Source: Parcubacteria group bacterium (lineage in GTDB: Bacteria; Patescibacteriota; Minisyncoccia; Phycocordibacterales; UBA2135). Taken from it: 64,000 bases of DNA. Positions 1 through 9,408 of this stretch are shown here, piece by piece. Below the pieces are notes generated by a model. It did no database searches, was not told the origin of the DNA, and saw only the letters and a list, made by a program, of their open reading frames with translations. Position 1 is the stretch's first letter; each line of letters opens with the position of its first letter. The stretch covers positions 345,980 through 409,979 of the forward strand of contig JACPBB010000002.1 in NCBI GenBank assembly GCA_016180525.1, given 5' to 3'. The position numbers and the translations under genes were made by a program.

Positions 1-53
1 TGCGGGTTGCACGCTTTCCAAGCGTGTGCACTAGACCACTATGCGACTCCTCC
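1..53 (-). tRNA. tRNA-Ser(GGA), 3' part runs off the window
   Basis: Reverse complement GGAGGAGTCGCATAGTGGTCTAGTGCACACGC-TT-GGA-AA-GCGTG gives D arm, anticodon arm and start of a long variable arm. Confidence 0.85.
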
Positions 54-111
54 GTTTTGCGCAGGGATTGCGATTTGCAGCCAATCGCTTCACTCTTGGG
101 CAAATCGGGAA

Positions 112-146
112 CAAGCGTGCGCACTAGACCGCTATGCGAACCCTCC
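112..146 (-). pseudogene. 5' half remnant of a second tRNA-Ser, broken after anticodon position 34
   Basis: 31/35 identical to positions 19-53; similarity stops at CACGCTTG and continues into a palindromic spacer. Confidence 0.8.
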
Positions 147-301
147 GCGCAAAAGAAAATTTAAATTGTTGGGACTGCGTTTTACCTTCAATCGCTTCGC
201 TCTTTGTAAAATCAGATTACCACAAAACTAAAAATTTTCAATAAAAAAAATGGCTCGAGCTTGTGGCTCGAGCCGAAAGAATCTTTTCCAATTCACATTC
301 C

Positions 302-967
302 TTATGGATGGTCATTTTGTGGCCACCGCCGAGGAATAAAAAACCAGAGGAAAAGTGTTGTGACGGAAATCAAGAGGAGGATGGGATTCAAGACCATGAG
401 CGCAAGCGTTTTGGTCGCAAACCCGTAGATGCTCCAGAATACAACCGCGGTAATCTGGGTTATGACAAGCCGAGCATCAAGCACTCCCACCTTCTTGTAA
501 CGTAACATTTCGTAGGGCTGGGTGCTGATGGAGTAAATCCTCCCCACCGCAAACAAGAGAAATGTCGCTTCCGGCCACGGGGTGAAAAGCATCATTGCCG
601 GCATGCACACACAGAAGCCGACGAACTGAATTTTTTCCTTCTTGCTCCATGGCTTGAATTTCCATAGACCGATGAGAATCGGTACGTGCATCGCGCCAAT
701 CAGGATACAGGTGAAGACCACCATCGCACTATGGATGTGGATGCCGTAAAGTGTTCCCACAACCACAAATCCAGCGAAGTAGGCAAACCACACGACCGAC
801 AACCCTTCGCCTGATTCTGCATCCCAAATTTTCTTGTTTTGAGACCAAAGGCCCCAGGCATTAAAGAATGAAACGAGGACGGCACCAACAGTACTGATGC
901 CCACCGCATTCCACCCCCACCCTTGGTACTCAATCGTACCCTTGAGGATTTCTACGACGTAGAGCAT
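302..967 (-). CDS. Multi-pass membrane protein, possibly PQ-loop/SemiSWEET-like
   Basis: About 7 hydrophobic segments; ATG at 967 has a GGAGAG SD; TTGACT-17-TATAAT promoter at 1052-1024; family call is weak. Confidence 0.6.
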   Translation of the reverse strand: MLYVVEILKGTIEYQGWGWNAVGISTVGAVLVSFFNAWGLWSQNKKIWDAESGEGLSVVWFAYFAGFVVVGTLYGIHIHSAMVVFTCILIGAMHVPILIGLWKFKPWSKKEKIQFVGFCVCMPAMMLFTPWPEATFLLFAVGRIYSISTQPYEMLRYKKVGVLDARLVITQITAVVFWSIYGFATKTLALMVLNPILLLISVTTLFLWFFIPRRWPQNDHP

Positions 968-1121
968 CAGACTCTCCTTTTTCTGACAGAACACGGACAA
1001 CAAAGTACAGTTTCTTTAGCTTAATTATATCATATTTTAAATATAAAGTCAAGGTTTTTAAAATATGACTCTTATGTGTATGTGGTATTATTCTCTCTAG
1101 ATTGAAGGAAGGGGCACGCGA

Positions 1122-1688
1122 GTGGAAGCAGTTCTTGCGCTTCTTGGATTTACAACTACAGCGGGAATTGTGTGGAACAGCATCGCGTATGCCGCTGCTG
1201 TTGGCAGTATTGCTGGGCTCTTCATTAAAGAAAGAAATAAACATATACGCTATACATTGTTTACTGTATGTGGCGTCGCACTTGCAGCCTATTCACACTT
1301 GTTTCTTCACAGTCTTTTGTTTTCAACATTGCAGGTTGTAGTCACTTGCTCTGCTTTATTTCAATTGTGCAAATTTGAGCCGTGGCGTGCCCGGGTTTCG
1401 CTTACATTATTGACCGGTATAGCTCTTATAATTCTGATTTTAAGTGGAAATTTAAACGATGTATGGGGAGTTATCGGAACTGTCGGTTTGGTTGGGATCG
1501 CTGTAGGCCTTGTTCTGTTTCCGCTGACTGTCGCATATCTACTGTTGGCAGCGGGCGCACTCTTTCTTGTTGGATATGCGCTTGAGACTGCCGCATGGGT
1601 GTTTTTTGCCCTCAATATTGTTTTTGCTCTTTCAAGCATTATTCAATGGTATCTCTTATATAAAGAAGGAAAGTCCTATGTCGCATAG
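1122..1688 (+). CDS. Hypothetical integral membrane protein
   Basis: 188-aa hydrophobic ORF, SD-like GAAGGGG upstream, hairpin downstream. Confidence 0.7.
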   Translation: MEAVLALLGFTTTAGIVWNSIAYAAAVGSIAGLFIKERNKHIRYTLFTVCGVALAAYSHLFLHSLLFSTLQVVVTCSALFQLCKFEPWRARVSLTLLTGIALIILILSGNLNDVWGVIGTVGLVGIAVGLVLFPLTVAYLLLAAGALFLVGYALETAAWVFFALNIVFALSSIIQWYLLYKEGKSYVA

Positions 1689-1835
1689 GAAAATTGCCGC
1701 CCCCTAAGAAGGGCGGTATTTTCTTAATTATCCACCCCAGCACCAAAGCAAGCTTGGTGCGGGGCGAGAAGTGGTATTTTGAGCGCCTTGCCCGCTTAAA
1801 ACTCACGAGATGATTTTTAAGTGAGTGCCGCATTT

Positions 1836-1971
1836 ACCCCCACACCTATCGTGCCGTTATTGTTAGTGATTTTACAAACATTGAAACGATTTTATATATA
1901 CTCATACTTGCCGCTGTTCCTTCCTATTTCAGAAGAACAATTAATCACAACGGCACAATAGGTGTAGGGGT
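1836..1971. repeat. MITE-like element with ~23-bp terminal inverted repeats
   Basis: acccccacacctatcgtgccgtt (1836-1858) vs aacggcacaataggtgtaggggt (1949-1971). Confidence 0.7.
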
Positions 1972-1980
1972 TTATCCACA
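1972..1980 (+). promoter_or_regulatory. DnaA box upstream of ribonucleotide reductase
   Basis: Perfect TTATCCACA about 150 bp upstream of nrdJ. Confidence 0.5.
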
Positions 1981-2127
1981 GGGACAGTTTTTATAAATCT
2001 GACGTATAATAAAAGTATAATTATTACTTGTTTTTTAAAAGCTAAATTTATTTTGTAAGAGAGAAGGGTTCACCCCAAAAGTAAATGGGGCACGTAAAAT
2101 TTTCTCTTACAGGATTCGTCAAACTAC

Positions 2128-4488
2128 ATGCCCACATCATCAAAAGGCGCGCACGGCAGTGCGCAGAAAAAAAATATCTCTTTTGTAAAACGAGTCCAAA
2201 AACGAAACGGACTTTTTGTTCCTTTTGATGTTGAAAGAATTAGTAACGCCATCTACAAAGCGATGCTCGCGAGCAATGAAGGCGAGAAGAAAGACGCTGA
2301 GATGCTTGCAAAAAAAGTGTCAATAAAATTGAACAGAATGGCTGCACGGGACAAAGGATTTACGCCTCATGTTGAAAAAATTCAAGATATGGTTGAAGAA
2401 GAGCTCATTTTAGGAGATTTTGCCAAGGTTGCAAAAGCGTATATTTTGTATAGACAAAAAAGGGCGGAACTTCGCAGCGAGCGCGGAGAAGTTCCACAAA
2501 AAGTTAAGGAACTCGCGAATGAAAGTAAAAAATATTTTAGGAATCCCTTGGCTGAATTTGTGTATTACACGACGTACTCGCGCTGGATTCCGGCAGAAAA
2601 AAGAAGGGAGACATGGGTTGAAACAGTCAGCCGCTATGTTGATTTCATGAAAGAAAATCTTGGGAACTCTCTAACGGAAAAAGAATACAAAGAAGTGTAT
2701 GAATATATGGTAAGCATGAAAGCGCTCGGTTCCATGCGTCTTCTCTGGAGCGCGGGAGGAGCCGCGCGCGCGACAAATGTCGCGGCATACAACTGCTCAT
2801 TCATTGGTCCTACTAACTGGAGAGATTTCGGAGAAATTGCGTATGTCTTAATGTGCGGTTCGGGTCTCGGGTTTTCAGTGGAGCGGCAAAACACGGAATT
2901 GCTTCCGATTATTAAAAAACAGACTGGGAAAAAATTACCTGCGATGATAATTGCCGACAGCAAAGAAGGGTGGTCGGACGCGATTGTCACAGGACTCTCT
3001 ACGTGGGCTGGCGGCAAAGATATTGATTTTGACTATTCAAAAATACGGCCGCAGGGAGCGCGCCTTCATACTATGGGGGGTCGTGCGTCAGGGCCTGACC
3101 CGCTTCGGAATCTTTTGGTATTTGCGCGTGCAAAAATGCTTGAAAATCAAGGCAGAAGGCTTGCTCCCGTTGATGTGCATGACATTATTTGCAAAATTGG
3201 AGAAGTCGTTGTTATGGGGGGAGTTCGTCGCAGTGCTCTTATTTCCCTCTCCGACTTGGATGATATTGAAATGAAAGAAGCAAAGAATGGCCAATTTTAC
3301 ATCTCGCACCCCGAACGGAGCATGGCGAACAATTCAGTCGCATACAACGAAAAACCTTCATCGGAAGATTTTCTTGAAGAATGGCTTAATTTAGTAAAAG
3401 GCCGCTCTGGCGAACGGGGGATTTTTAACCGCGGAGGGCTTCAAAACCAGGTTCCCGCACGTAGATGGAAAATTTTGAAGAAAGACGCTCATCGCGCGGG
3501 GCTTAACCCATGCGGGGAAATAAATCTTAAATCAAAACAATTCTGCAATCTTTCAGAAGTTGTGGCGCGGCCAGAAGATACGGAAAAAACACTCATGGAA
3601 AAAGTGCGTGTCGCCACTATTTTAGGCACGTATCAGTCAACCCTCACAAACTTTCCCTACCTCTCAAAAGAGTGGAAGAAAAATTGTGAAGAAGAGCGCC
3701 TGCTCGGAGTTTCTATTACCGGACAGTGGGATTGTCCCGCACTCCGCAACGAAAAAACAATGCAGAAATTACGTGAAGTTGCTGTTGTTACCAATAAAAA
3801 ATACGCAAAACGCTTTGGAATCAACGAATCAACGGCGATTACCTGCGTGAAGCCTTCGGGTAATGGATCACAGTTGTTTGATTCATCATCCGGATGTCAC
3901 CCGCGATACGCTGAATATTATATTCGTCGCGTTCGCATAGAAGTGCACAGCCCGCTCTTCAAATTACTGAAAGATATCGGGGCGCCGTATCACCCGGAAG
4001 TCGGCCAGCCGGCGGATTCGGCAACCACATTTGTTGTTGAGTTTCCAATAAAGGCGCCGGAGGGTGCGGTGACACGCCATAGCCAAAAAGCGCTTGACCA
4101 GCTTAAGTACTGGAAGATGCTCAAGGAAAATTATACGGAACATAATCCTTCCATTACAGTTCAGGTAGAAGATGATGAATGGGTTATGGTTAGCAACTGG
4201 GTGCATGAAAACTGGGACATGGTGGGGGGCATTTCATTTTTGCCAAAATCAGACCACGTATACAAACTTGCTCCGTATGAAGAGATTACAAAAGAGCATT
4301 ATGAACAACTTATTGAACATTTCCCCGAAATTGATTTTTCAAAAATCGTCTTGTACGAGTATGACGATGAAACAGTCGGCTCAAAAGAGCTTGCCTGCGT
4401 AGCGGGGACATGCGAGATAGACATACCGGTAGACGCGGTACAATCTGTCTCAAAAGGAACTGCTGGAGTCGCTCATAAAGAATCTTAA
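2128..4488 (+). CDS. nrdJ: Class II (B12-dependent) ribonucleotide reductase with N-terminal ATP cone
   Basis: VQKRNG ATP cone, YNCSF, GGVRRSA, NPCGEI, TCVKPSG and C-terminal CVAGTC motifs; no small-subunit gene adjacent. Confidence 0.9.
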   Translation: MPTSSKGAHGSAQKKNISFVKRVQKRNGLFVPFDVERISNAIYKAMLASNEGEKKDAEMLAKKVSIKLNRMAARDKGFTPHVEKIQDMVEEELILGDFAKVAKAYILYRQKRAELRSERGEVPQKVKELANESKKYFRNPLAEFVYYTTYSRWIPAEKRRETWVETVSRYVDFMKENLGNSLTEKEYKEVYEYMVSMKALGSMRLLWSAGGAARATNVAAYNCSFIGPTNWRDFGEIAYVLMCGSGLGFSVERQNTELLPIIKKQTGKKLPAMIIADSKEGWSDAIVTGLSTWAGGKDIDFDYSKIRPQGARLHTMGGRASGPDPLRNLLVFARAKMLENQGRRLAPVDVHDIICKIGEVVVMGGVRRSALISLSDLDDIEMKEAKNGQFYISHPERSMANNSVAYNEKPSSEDFLEEWLNLVKGRSGERGIFNRGGLQNQVPARRWKILKKDAHRAGLNPCGEINLKSKQFCNLSEVVARPEDTEKTLMEKVRVATILGTYQSTLTNFPYLSKEWKKNCEEERLLGVSITGQWDCPALRNEKTMQKLREVAVVTNKKYAKRFGINESTAITCVKPSGNGSQLFDSSSGCHPRYAEYYIRRVRIEVHSPLFKLLKDIGAPYHPEVGQPADSATTFVVEFPIKAPEGAVTRHSQKALDQLKYWKMLKENYTEHNPSITVQVEDDEWVMVSNWVHENWDMVGGISFLPKSDHVYKLAPYEEITKEHYEQLIEHFPEIDFSKIVLYEYDDETVGSKELACVAGTCEIDIPVDAVQSVSKGTAGVAHKES

Positions 4489-4495
4489 ATACAGA

Positions 4496-4524
4496 AAACA
4501 CCCCGACTTGCATCGGGGTGTTTT
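4496..4524. terminator. Bidirectional intrinsic terminator
   Basis: aaaacaccccgac-ttgc-atcggggtgtttt between convergent nrdJ and rnpB. Confidence 0.75.
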
Positions 4525-4535
4525 CATGTATTTAC

Positions 4536-5043
4536 TGCGTATCTATAAGCCGAATTCTGTACCAATCTTGTCCACCGCAGGTGGCCCGGCAAGATTGAGT
4601 ACCTCGCCGAAGCTCCTACTGCGGAGCGAAGGCGGGTCGTCCGCCGTCACATGCTGCGCATGCTCTGGCGAGACGCTCAATTTTGTAACCGCCTCTGGTG
4701 GACAAAATTGGCGATGATTATTTATCTGCCTCGTCTGTTGCCAGACGGGTCAAGCGGCACTCCCAATCGCGCATCGCCATGCGGCGATCACGTGGGCACG
4801 GCCTTGCATGTAGATAGGAATTTAGCTCCGACGCTCTTGCGAGGTCGGAGTCCCGACTTGACGTCGGGACCGTTTCAGCCGGACTTAACCGGGTCGTTTC
4901 TGTTCGCATCCCGTGGATTACTCCAGGTGGGTATTACCCACTACCATCCTCCTCCTATAAGAATATAAAAGGACATGTTCGGACTTTCCTCACCCAGCTG
5001 TAGGTTTTGAAACCCGTAGTTGGGCGCAATCATCTGATACGCA
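4536..5043 (-). ncRNA. rnpB: RNase P RNA, enlarged by insertions
   Basis: Minus strand has GAGGAAAGTCC near the 5' end and ACAGAATTCGGCTTA near the 3' end; P1 pairing TGCGTATC/GATACGCA. Confidence 0.92.
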
Positions 5044-5132
5044 ATATCTTTATTATACAATAAGAAGACAAAAATACAAGGAAGCGTTCTTTGCTATGTA
5101 TTGAAAATGAGGCTTCCATTACTATATAATGT

Positions 5133-7538
5133 ATGAATAGTAATTATAATTATCTAATTTTTATGACTGATACAGGAGCTCTCCCGCAGAAGAATTTTTT
5201 TTCTTTTTTAAAAAAAATAAAAAACGCATCCCTCGACGTTGTTTCAATGGGTATTGTATTTTGGGGCATTGTGCTTTTACCTCTTTTTTTCTTTCCCGTG
5301 CTTGGCTTTTCAATTGATACGAGTAAAATTTTATTTTTAATAGCATTCATTCTTCTTAGTTTTTTACTGTGGCTTTTTGCTCGGCTTAAAGAAGGGTCCA
5401 TTACCATTCCGCTTCATCCGACGCTTGCGGCCGCCGCAATTGTTGTTCTTATTTTTATTATCAGCGCTCTTTTTTCTCCCACACCGCAGAGTTCATTTTT
5501 TGGATTTACCTATGAAATAGGAACCGTAGTATTCATGACTGTTCTTTTTTTGTTATTCTTTCTTGTTTCACTCTTTTTTCAGTCGAGTCGCTCTGTTGAA
5601 CTTTTATATCAATCATTGTTAGTTGTATTTGGGATTTCTTTTCTTTTTTGGGTTCTCCGTCTTTTACTTGGCGTTGACTTTTTATCATTCGGTGGATTTT
5701 TCCCCGGAAAGGCGAGTACTATAATTGGAAAATGGAACGATTTTGCGGTGTTTGCGGGCTTTATAGCACTTCTCTCGCTCATTACGCTTGAAAAAGTCTC
5801 TTTGCACAAAAGAATTCGCGCGGCGCTTTACAGCGTGCTGTTTCTTTCTCTTTTTGTTCTCGCAATTGTGAACTTCTATCTTGTGTGGATTATTGTTGGT
5901 TTGTTTGCCCTCATTATTTTTGTATATAATTTTTCCTCCAATCGTTTTGCGAAGAACACGAAAGATAGTACTTTTTCTCAAAATGTTTCATATCCGTCAG
6001 GGATTGTTTTGGTTGTAGCGCTCTTGTTTGTTATTGCGGGCGGAACTATCGGCGGTTTTCTCAACGAAACACTGGGCATTACCCAAATTGAAGTGCGTCC
6101 GTCGTGGGCCTCAACGGGTATTATTCTTAAAGAGACTATAAAAGAACATCCGCTCCTCGGAAGTGGACCAAATAGATTTACCAATCAATGGTTTACATTT
6201 AAACCCGGAAGCATTAATAGTTCACCGTTTTGGAACACTGAATTTCGATCGGGTGTCGGGCTTTTACCGACCTTTGCGGTTACCACCGGGGTCCTTGGAG
6301 CTGTTTCATTGAGTATTTTCTTGTTTCTTTTCCTGTATCAAGGCGCGCGTTCCTTGTTCGCAACGACAATACATCGTTTGGAATATGTTGTTTTTTCATC
6401 TTTTGTTCTCGCGCTATATCTTTGGGTCATTGCGTTTTTCTATGTTCCGAACGTTGTCTTATTCACGCTTGCGTTTGCGATAACGGGCGTTTTCGTCGGG
6501 GCGTTGGTGGGAGCGGGGAAGATAAAACAATATACGTTTTCATACTTTGAAAATCCACGCGCGGGCTTTATTTCAGTGCTCGTTCTGTCTATTTTGTTAA
6601 TTGGAACTGTTACGATGGGGTACGCTGTTACAAAAAAAATTATTGCGCTCAAAAACTTTTATCAAAGCCGCACGGCTTTTACGGTGGGTGATCTAGAGAC
6701 TGCCGAAGGAAAAATTAAAAAAGCTATAAACCAGAATACTACAGATGTATATTATCGAGGGCTTGCTGAAATTAAAACTCGTCAGATTACAGCTTTGCTT
6801 TCAAGAAATGACGTATCTCCGGAAGATGCTCGGGCTCAATTTCAATCACTGCTCGGTGAAGCGATATTCGCGGGGCAGCAGGCGGTCCAGTTTGATAAGA
6901 CTCAATATGTAAACTGGCTCGCTCTTGCACGCGTATATGAATCTGTTGTGCCGCTTGTTACCGGAGCGTATGAAAGCGCTCGAGTTTCACTTGCCGAGTC
7001 ACTTTCACGCTATCCTCAAAGTCCGTTGCTTACCCTTGAACACGCTAGGCTTGAAATTGCAAACAGAAATATAAACGAAGCACGCCGATATATTGGAGAA
7101 GCTCTTCAAATGAAACCGGATTACGCAAACGCGATTTTCTTGCTTGCGCAAATTGAATTTTCTGAAGGTAATATTTCTGCGGCTATTCGTTCGGTTGAAG
7201 GAGCGACGCTTGCCGCGCCAAATGACGAAGGCCTTTTTTTCCAATTAGGACTTCTTAAATTTAATACACGAGATTACAAAGGGTCTGCGGAGGCTTTGGT
7301 TCGGGCGGTAGAGTTAAATCCCCAGTTTGCAAACGCAAAATATTTTCTTGGACTTTCCTTCTATAATATAAATCGTACAGCGGAGGCAATTGTTCAATTT
7401 GAAGGCATTGAGCTTGCAAATCCGGAAAATCAAGAGGTAAAACAAATTCTAGAGAATTTAAGAAACGGCAATGGTCCATTTGCAAATTTTAATGAGCCGG
7501 ATTTTTCTGAAAGGGACACTCTTCCGCTCAATGAATAG
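5133..7538 (+). CDS. Polytopic membrane protein (O-antigen ligase-like) with C-terminal TPR repeats
   Basis: About 13 TM segments, HPLLGSGPNRF loop, TPR-like helices; start may be 5163. Confidence 0.75.
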   Translation: MNSNYNYLIFMTDTGALPQKNFFSFLKKIKNASLDVVSMGIVFWGIVLLPLFFFPVLGFSIDTSKILFLIAFILLSFLLWLFARLKEGSITIPLHPTLAAAAIVVLIFIISALFSPTPQSSFFGFTYEIGTVVFMTVLFLLFFLVSLFFQSSRSVELLYQSLLVVFGISFLFWVLRLLLGVDFLSFGGFFPGKASTIIGKWNDFAVFAGFIALLSLITLEKVSLHKRIRAALYSVLFLSLFVLAIVNFYLVWIIVGLFALIIFVYNFSSNRFAKNTKDSTFSQNVSYPSGIVLVVALLFVIAGGTIGGFLNETLGITQIEVRPSWASTGIILKETIKEHPLLGSGPNRFTNQWFTFKPGSINSSPFWNTEFRSGVGLLPTFAVTTGVLGAVSLSIFLFLFLYQGARSLFATTIHRLEYVVFSSFVLALYLWVIAFFYVPNVVLFTLAFAITGVFVGALVGAGKIKQYTFSYFENPRAGFISVLVLSILLIGTVTMGYAVTKKIIALKNFYQSRTAFTVGDLETAEGKIKKAINQNTTDVYYRGLAEIKTRQITALLSRNDVSPEDARAQFQSLLGEAIFAGQQAVQFDKTQYVNWLALARVYESVVPLVTGAYESARVSLAESLSRYPQSPLLTLEHARLEIANRNINEARRYIGEALQMKPDYANAIFLLAQIEFSEGNISAAIRSVEGATLAAPNDEGLFFQLGLLKFNTRDYKGSAEALVRAVELNPQFANAKYFLGLSFYNINRTAEAIVQFEGIELANPENQEVKQILENLRNGNGPFANFNEPDFSERDTLPLNE

Positions 7539-7555
7539 TTTTCTAGAGTAGTGCA

Positions 7556-9241
7556 ATGATACAACGTATTTTAAAGACTTTAGAGAAGGAGATAAGCGGC
7601 CTCCATGAGGCCGCGTATCTATTGGGCGTGTTTGCTTTATTTGCAAAAGCTCTCGCTCTTTTTCGGGACAGGCTACTTGCGCACAATTTCGGGGCAAGTG
7701 AAACACTGGATATTTATTATGCTGCCTTTCGTATTCCTGATTTTATTTATATTTCTCTTGCTTCACTCGTCGCTTCCGCAGTGCTTATTCCATTCGTGGT
7801 TTCAAAATTAGAAACAGGCGAGGGGGCACGCCGTTTTTTCAATACCATTTTTACGGTATTTTTTATCGGCATTATTGTCGTCTGCAGTCTCGTGTTCGTG
7901 TTCATGCCGTTTTTATCTGATATTGTTGCTCCGGGCCTTAGCCCTGAAGCCCAAAACGAGCTCATTCTTCTTTCGCGTATCATGCTCTTCTCTCCAATAC
8001 TCCTGGGGCTCTCCGGGCTTTTTGCAAGTATTACGCAAGCTCTGCGGCGTTTTTTTGTCTATGCTTTGAGCCCCATTTTATATAACGCGGGTATTGTAAT
8101 TGGTATTATATTTTTTTATCCTCTGTGGGGTCTTTCGGGCCTCGCCTATGGTGTTGTTTTGGGCGCCGTGCTCCACGCGCTTATTCAAGTTCCTGTGCTT
8201 ATTCGCCAGGGGTTTCTTCCGCGGTTCTCTTTACCTGCACATTTTTTTTCAGAAATAAAAAACGTTTTTCTTCTTTCGCTTCCGCGAACCCTCACACTCT
8301 CAATACATCACCTAGTTCTTCTTGTATTTATTTCATTTGCCTCGCTTATGGGAGAGGGCGCAATTTCCATTTTTAACTTTTCTTTTAATCTTCAATCGGT
8401 ACCGCTCTCTATTATCGGAGTAAGCTATTCCGTTGCGGCATTTCCAACTCTTGCGCGCATGTTTTCAGGCGGCAATCATTCTGCGTTTGTCGCGCAAGTG
8501 TTTTCTTCTTTGCGGCATATTATATTTTGGTCTTTTCCTATTTTGGTTCTTTTTATTGTTTTGCGGGCACAAATCGTAAGAGTCATTCTCGGCACGGGAG
8601 AGTTTGGGTGGCCTGAAACACGTCTTACTGCCGCTGCGCTCGCACTTTTTTCAATTTCAGTTATTGCGCAGAGCGCCATTCTTCTTTTGGTTCGTGGATA
8701 TTATGCCGCGGGTAAAACGAAGGCGCCGCTCGTTATAAACGTCTCCTCATCGCTTCTTATTATCGGACTTGCTTTTCTGTTTATAAAATTATTTACTGTT
8801 TCTGAATTTTTCAAATATTTTATGGAGTCATTGTTTAGAATTTCGGATGTACCCGGCACTGCAATTATTATGCTTCCGCTTGCGTTTTCATTAGGAACAC
8901 TCCTCAATGTATTTATATTGTGGTATTTCTTTAAAAAAGATTTTAGCATTGAACAAACACCGCTTGGAGATACGGTGCGGCATAGTTTTTACGGCTCAAT
9001 CGCGATGGGGTTTGTCGCGTATCAATTTTTGGAAATATTTGACAATGTGTTTGACATAAACACATTTTGGGGAATATTTCTGCAAGGATTTTTCTCCGGC
9101 ATGTTAGGAGTTGTGGCGGGAATATTGTTACTTAAAATTCTCGGCAATAAGGAAATTGCTGAAGTAAGCGCGGCACTGCATCACAGATTTTGGAAAACAA
9201 AACCCGTCGCTCCGGATCAAGGAGACCTTGTGAGCCATTAG
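7556..9241 (+). CDS. murJ: Lipid II flippase MurJ/MviN
   Basis: RDRLLAHNFGA, DIYYAAFRIPD, FPTLAR and RGYYA motifs. Confidence 0.9.
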   Translation: MIQRILKTLEKEISGLHEAAYLLGVFALFAKALALFRDRLLAHNFGASETLDIYYAAFRIPDFIYISLASLVASAVLIPFVVSKLETGEGARRFFNTIFTVFFIGIIVVCSLVFVFMPFLSDIVAPGLSPEAQNELILLSRIMLFSPILLGLSGLFASITQALRRFFVYALSPILYNAGIVIGIIFFYPLWGLSGLAYGVVLGAVLHALIQVPVLIRQGFLPRFSLPAHFFSEIKNVFLLSLPRTLTLSIHHLVLLVFISFASLMGEGAISIFNFSFNLQSVPLSIIGVSYSVAAFPTLARMFSGGNHSAFVAQVFSSLRHIIFWSFPILVLFIVLRAQIVRVILGTGEFGWPETRLTAAALALFSISVIAQSAILLLVRGYYAAGKTKAPLVINVSSSLLIIGLAFLFIKLFTVSEFFKYFMESLFRISDVPGTAIIMLPLAFSLGTLLNVFILWYFFKKDFSIEQTPLGDTVRHSFYGSIAMGFVAYQFLEIFDNVFDINTFWGIFLQGFFSGMLGVVAGILLLKILGNKEIAEVSAALHHRFWKTKPVAPDQGDLVSH

Positions 9242-9317
9242 TCCTGGTGTTTTTATGTAGCGTTTTCGATAGATATTTGGAAAACCTTTATTTTAAGGTA
9301 TTGTTTAGAAGATACAT

Positions 9318-9401
9318 ATGGATAATATTAGAAATTTTTCTATTATCGCGCATCCCAGTACCATGACGCTCCGCGTCAGCTACGGGACAGGCATTGACCA
9401 C
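9318..9401 (+). pseudogene. Dead lepA 5' end with a 39-bp in-frame palindromic insertion
   Basis: Translates MDNIRNFSIIAH-[PSTMTLRVSYGTG]-IDH, then diverges and stops. Confidence 0.85.
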
Positions 9402-9408
9402 ATTCCTT

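Noticed and set aside
1690-2127. Cobalamin riboswitch or NrdR boxes upstream of nrdJ
   Set aside because: No B12 box or convincing NrdR palindromes by eye.
4508-4968. ORFs at 4508-4717, 4651-4968 and 4718-4909
   Set aside because: They fall within RNase P RNA.
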